A DNA stretch of 24,928 bases from Octopus sinensis (taxonomy: Eukaryota): positions 1 through 24,928 of the forward strand of contig NW_021836261.1 of the NCBI RefSeq assembly GCF_006345805.1. The letters are read 5' to 3'. The notes beneath the pieces were generated by a model. The model was not told where the DNA came from. It saw only the letters and a list, made by a program, of their open reading frames with translations, and did not search any database. Positions 21,402 to 24,928 of the stretch are shown here, one piece after another. Made by a program: the position numbers and the translations under genes. Positions within the stretch are counted from its first letter, which is position 1. Each line of letters starts with the position of its first letter.

Positions 21402-22629
21402 ATATATATATATATATGTATGTATATCCATCTAGATATGCATGTATGTCTGCAAGTATGCTTGTATATATGTATATATTTATATTTTATATATAGGTAT
21501 GTTTGATCAGGGCTAACTAGGAACTAAGCATCAACAACAAATACAAAACGAAACTCATTAATACATCTTAAGTAAAAGAAGGAAATATTCGAAATTTTAT
21601 TGCTTTGATCAGAAATATTTATCAGAAATCTGATATATATTTTAATATTTCAATCACCGAATTTTTTGAAGTTCTGAAACGAAAAATATTGTATTCTTTA
21701 CTTTCTTACTTTCTTTTTTTTTGTTGTGTTGTTGTTTTGTTTTCTTTTTTCTTTTTTTTTTTTTGTAGACCACTTTTGCTGTTATGAGAAAACGGTAGAA
21801 ATATTCACATCACCTAAACTACATTCGTAAGATTAAAATATAATTAAAAATTAGAGGAGAATAACTCAAAGATTGGTCGTTCTTGGAAAGCATATTGTAA
21901 GATCAGTTCTCAGATAATTAATTTAGTTATTTAAGAAATTTTAATTAATGAAAAATTACCCAAATATTGATGTGGTGTCGTTGGGGGTAGTGGAAAGGTT
22001 TGTTTAATTATCAGCTGTGTTTAAGAAAGTAGGGGAGACAACTTTGGAATTTTAATTCATTACGTCTGCAAAATTGAAAATTTCTTTTGTTTGGAGATAG
22101 AAGCTTCGAGATAGTTGTGAAGGAGTCTTTTCACCGTTGACCCAGCTTGTCATACCATTCCTCTAATACGAAGAAAATCTGCTGGAGATTCCAGTCACGA
22201 AACAATACATGGAGACTTGATTAATTATTCAATCAATAACTAGTGTTTTGATGTAGCTTCTACTCGTTTATTTATTTATTTATAATGTTATTTTTTTATC
22301 CTTTTTTTTCTTCTTCCCATTGTTTTTAGCATTCTCATATCCGATATTGTGCATATGTGACTACTTCTTCTCTTTCAACTTCCTTCACATTTCCATATCA
22401 ATGCTTAAGCCATTCCAACACATGTACTTTACTATACTCCACACTTGCTCTTATTGTTTTCTTGAACCAGAGGTGATACAAAAGGAGGAAAGATAGAGAA
22501 ACAAAGAGAGAAGAAGAGAAAAGAAAGAGAAATTGATAATATTCTAGGCCAACACTAGTTATTATCATCAACTTCTTGGCAGCTTCGTAAAACATTTTTC
22601 ACAGTTTAACATTTCTATTCATTTCATAG

Positions 22630-22725
22630 TATTCGAGTTGCACGAAGGTGAACTCCTCATGTCATCCTTCCGGGGACAATACCATAGAGTACCAGTCATA
22701 TAAACTGGGACCAATTTCATCGATC
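22630..22725 (+). mobile_element. Very old fragment of the Meta/Sauria-domain-like SINE
   Basis: TCATCCTTCCGGGGACAATACCATAGAGTACCAGTCATATAAACTGGGACCAAT aligns loosely with TCATCCTTTCGGGGTCGATAAATTAAGTACCAG...CTGGGGTCGAT. Confidence 0.55.
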
Positions 22726-22746
22726 GCAGGTAAAAACGATAAACGT

Positions 22747-23016
22747 CGCTCTTTTCAAGCCTAACCAGGCTCATGGGCAAGGTTTCCCGGTGGTTTCTGT
22801 GGCGTATGTGCTCCCCCCCCCCAACTGGACGGGACGCCAGTCCATCGCAGCATTACTCAAGAAACTGGAAGAGAGACTGAGAGAAAGTTGTGGCGAAAGA
22901 GTAGAACAAGGATCACCACCACCCCCTGCCGGAGCCTCGTGGAGCTTTAGATGTTTTCGCTCAATAAACATACACAGCGTCCAGTCTGGGAATCGAAACT
23001 CCTATCCTCCAACCAC
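22747..23016 (-). mobile_element. tRNA-derived SINE (head B with internal deletion, V-like tail 3)
   Basis: 22870-23002 is homologous to 14838-14960 (reverse complement) and 19810-19920. The tail GCGATGGACTGGCGTCCCGTCCAG (reverse complement) resembles V/Deu-type SINE domains and the tail of the 17270 copy. Confidence 0.85.
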
Positions 23017-23291
23017 TTCCTTAAATACTGAGAGCAGGTTTTTGTTTTGCTCATGTTTTGCTGCTATTTGTATCAGTTTTCCTTGCTTCTGAAGTAGATA
23101 TTTTTGCAGTCCTATTGTGGTTATTTTATAATAGTTTTCCAGCTGCATAAGGCCTCTACCACCTTCTATATGTTGTATATATAGCCTTTCTATGTCAGAT
23201 TTTGAGTGATGCATCCTAGATCCTGTCATTATTTTTCTTGTTTTTCTATATACTTTGGTTAGTTTCTTGTTTTCCTATCTATTTTGGTTTG
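23017..23291 (-). mobile_element. Non-LTR retrotransposon RT thumb-region fragment (R4/Dong-like)
   Basis: Reads KLTKVYRKTRKIMTGSRMHHSKSDIERLYIQHIEGGRGLMQLENYYKITTIGLQKYL, matching the RKTRK..T...HHP...V.RLY.PR..GGRGL pattern of restriction-like-endonuclease LINEs. The clade call is from recall, not a search. Confidence 0.75.
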
Positions 23292-23293
23292 TT

Positions 23294-23294
23294 A

Positions 23295-23328
<34 letters not shown>
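23294..23328. repeat. (TTA)n microsatellite
   Basis: Directly visible; abuts the 5' end of the LINE fragment. Confidence 0.95.
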
Positions 23329-23332
23329 GACA

Positions 23333-23475
23333 CTTTCTACTATACACCCAAAGCATGAAATTTCAGGTGGAGGCAACTGATTACATCAACCCCAGTACTC
23401 AACTACTACTTAATTTATCAACCCTGAAATGATGAAAGGCAAAGTCGACGTCAACAGAATTTGAACTCAGAAGGC
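23333..23475 (-). mobile_element. Diverged copy of the Meta/Sauria-domain-like SINE
   Basis: GATTACATCAACCCCAGTACTCAACTACTACTTAATTTATCAACCCTGAAATGATGAAAGGCAAAGTCGACGTCAACAGAATTTGAACTCAGAA aligns with 12309-12403. Confidence 0.85.
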
Positions 23476-24144
23476 AAAACACTATATAATGTAGATAGCT
23501 AAGCAACTTGTTCTCGTGTTGACGCTTTAAGAGAACCTCAGATCATTAGAATTCACACCAGTTAATATTTTTTGTGATCACACAGTAGCGCCTTCATATT
23601 TTTAGGATTTATATAAGTAAACTGGTTCGAAATCTTCCTCATCATACTCGTGATGGGTACCTGAACCCAACGAGGCAGACCCAGTTGATATAAGTCATAG
23701 ATAAGATGCTGGTTATTTTTGTTAACTCGAAAAAATATCAAATTATTTTGTAGTAAATTGAGAAGTAGTTACATATGCAAAAAAACAACAAAAAGCTGAT
23801 GCTTTTTAGAGTATTTTCTTCAGACATATATACGCGCGCGTTTGTGTGTCTCACGTGAATGGCAGTATGAATGTGTATGTGAGCATTTTTGTATATGTAT
23901 GTATATATATATATGTGTATAATATATATATATTATATATATATATATATATAATATATATTATGCATATGCAGACTGTATACACACTCACCCGCATACA
24001 CATACATATATTTACACACGCTTGTTACAAATATATCATGTATAAAAAAATAGGCAGTGTCAAAAATTTATCTTCTTGTGTTTTCGGTTGATAGCACCTC
24101 AAACTGCACACAGCTCACTCTCTAATGACACGCCTACCATACAT

Positions 24145-24152
24145 GAATATAC

Positions 24153-24229
<77 letters not shown>

Positions 24230-24230
24230 G
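24145..24230. repeat. (TA)n microsatellite
   Basis: Directly visible. Confidence 0.95.
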
Positions 24231-24928
24231 GTAATAATAACCTCGTGCATTGATAACATGGTGCGTTCGCTAAAAAAAAGCTTATTACTTACATAGATAC
24301 GATAAATACAGTATCGAACACAATTGAAACGAACTGTGGAGAGCTGGTGTTCTTTTTATACGTTCGTCACTTTAATCACGATTTATTTATTCAATATTCT
24401 AATATTCTTTTTAGAGTATGTTCTTCTTACATGTGTAACAACAGCAAGAGCAACAACAACAGCAACAACGAAATGCACAGCAAAAACAAGATCAACAATA
24501 TCATAAAAGATTTCTCCAAAACTTCTTTACCGAAACTTAACAAAAAATAATAAAAAGCGTGAAAAAGTGTCAGTATGAGAAAGAACGTTAGATGTAGAGT
24601 AGAAGAAAAAAAAAGTTAGAAAGAGACTAGTGGAAAACAAAATGGCGTTTTCAGTAATGATATAAAGTTAAAAGAAAAAACAAAAGAAAGGACGAGAGAA
24701 GGCAAGCGCTGAAAAATCTTACACATTATTTAGATAGAAGAGCAAGGAAAATTTTTAAAAGATGGAGAAGGAGAAAAACCAGGACGAATTTTGAATTTAT
24801 GCAATATTTGCTCTCTCAAGCACGAACATGCAACGGTCATGCAGCGTAGATGATATGATCGGTGTGGTAACGGCAGAAATTAGAATACCGCCATAACAAT
24901 TATGAGGAACATCATTGCGTTTGTTGTT

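Noticed and set aside
22100-22230. Minus-strand reading LFRDWNLQQIFFVLEEWYDKLGQR with nearby AG/GT sites
   Set aside because: Splice sites are weak or conflicting and there is no recognisable homology; cannot be supported without RNA data.

Overview
AT-rich, repeat-dominated eukaryotic DNA, intergenic or intronic. From recollection of its SINE families it is most likely octopus or another coleoid cephalopod; this was not verified by a database search. No protein-coding gene can be supported, and most listed ORFs are microsatellite translations. The window holds about 14 tRNA-derived SINE copies or fragments from four head/body types, two mariner-derived pieces, an internally deleted Tc1 (DD34E) element, a non-LTR retrotransposon RT fragment (R4/Dong-like), an unclassified duplicated repeat, many microsatellites and a 25-bp quasi-palindromic minisatellite. 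The most interesting signal is a discrete ~190-200 bp element present twice (9355-9541, 19450-19651). Both copies end at GGATTAAC followed by (TA)n and carry a minimal type I hammerhead ribozyme fold of the kind known from Penelope-like elements and retrozymes. Also notable are SINEs that combine heads and 3' tails in mix-and-match fashion, and several junctions that appear to record reverse-transcription events.
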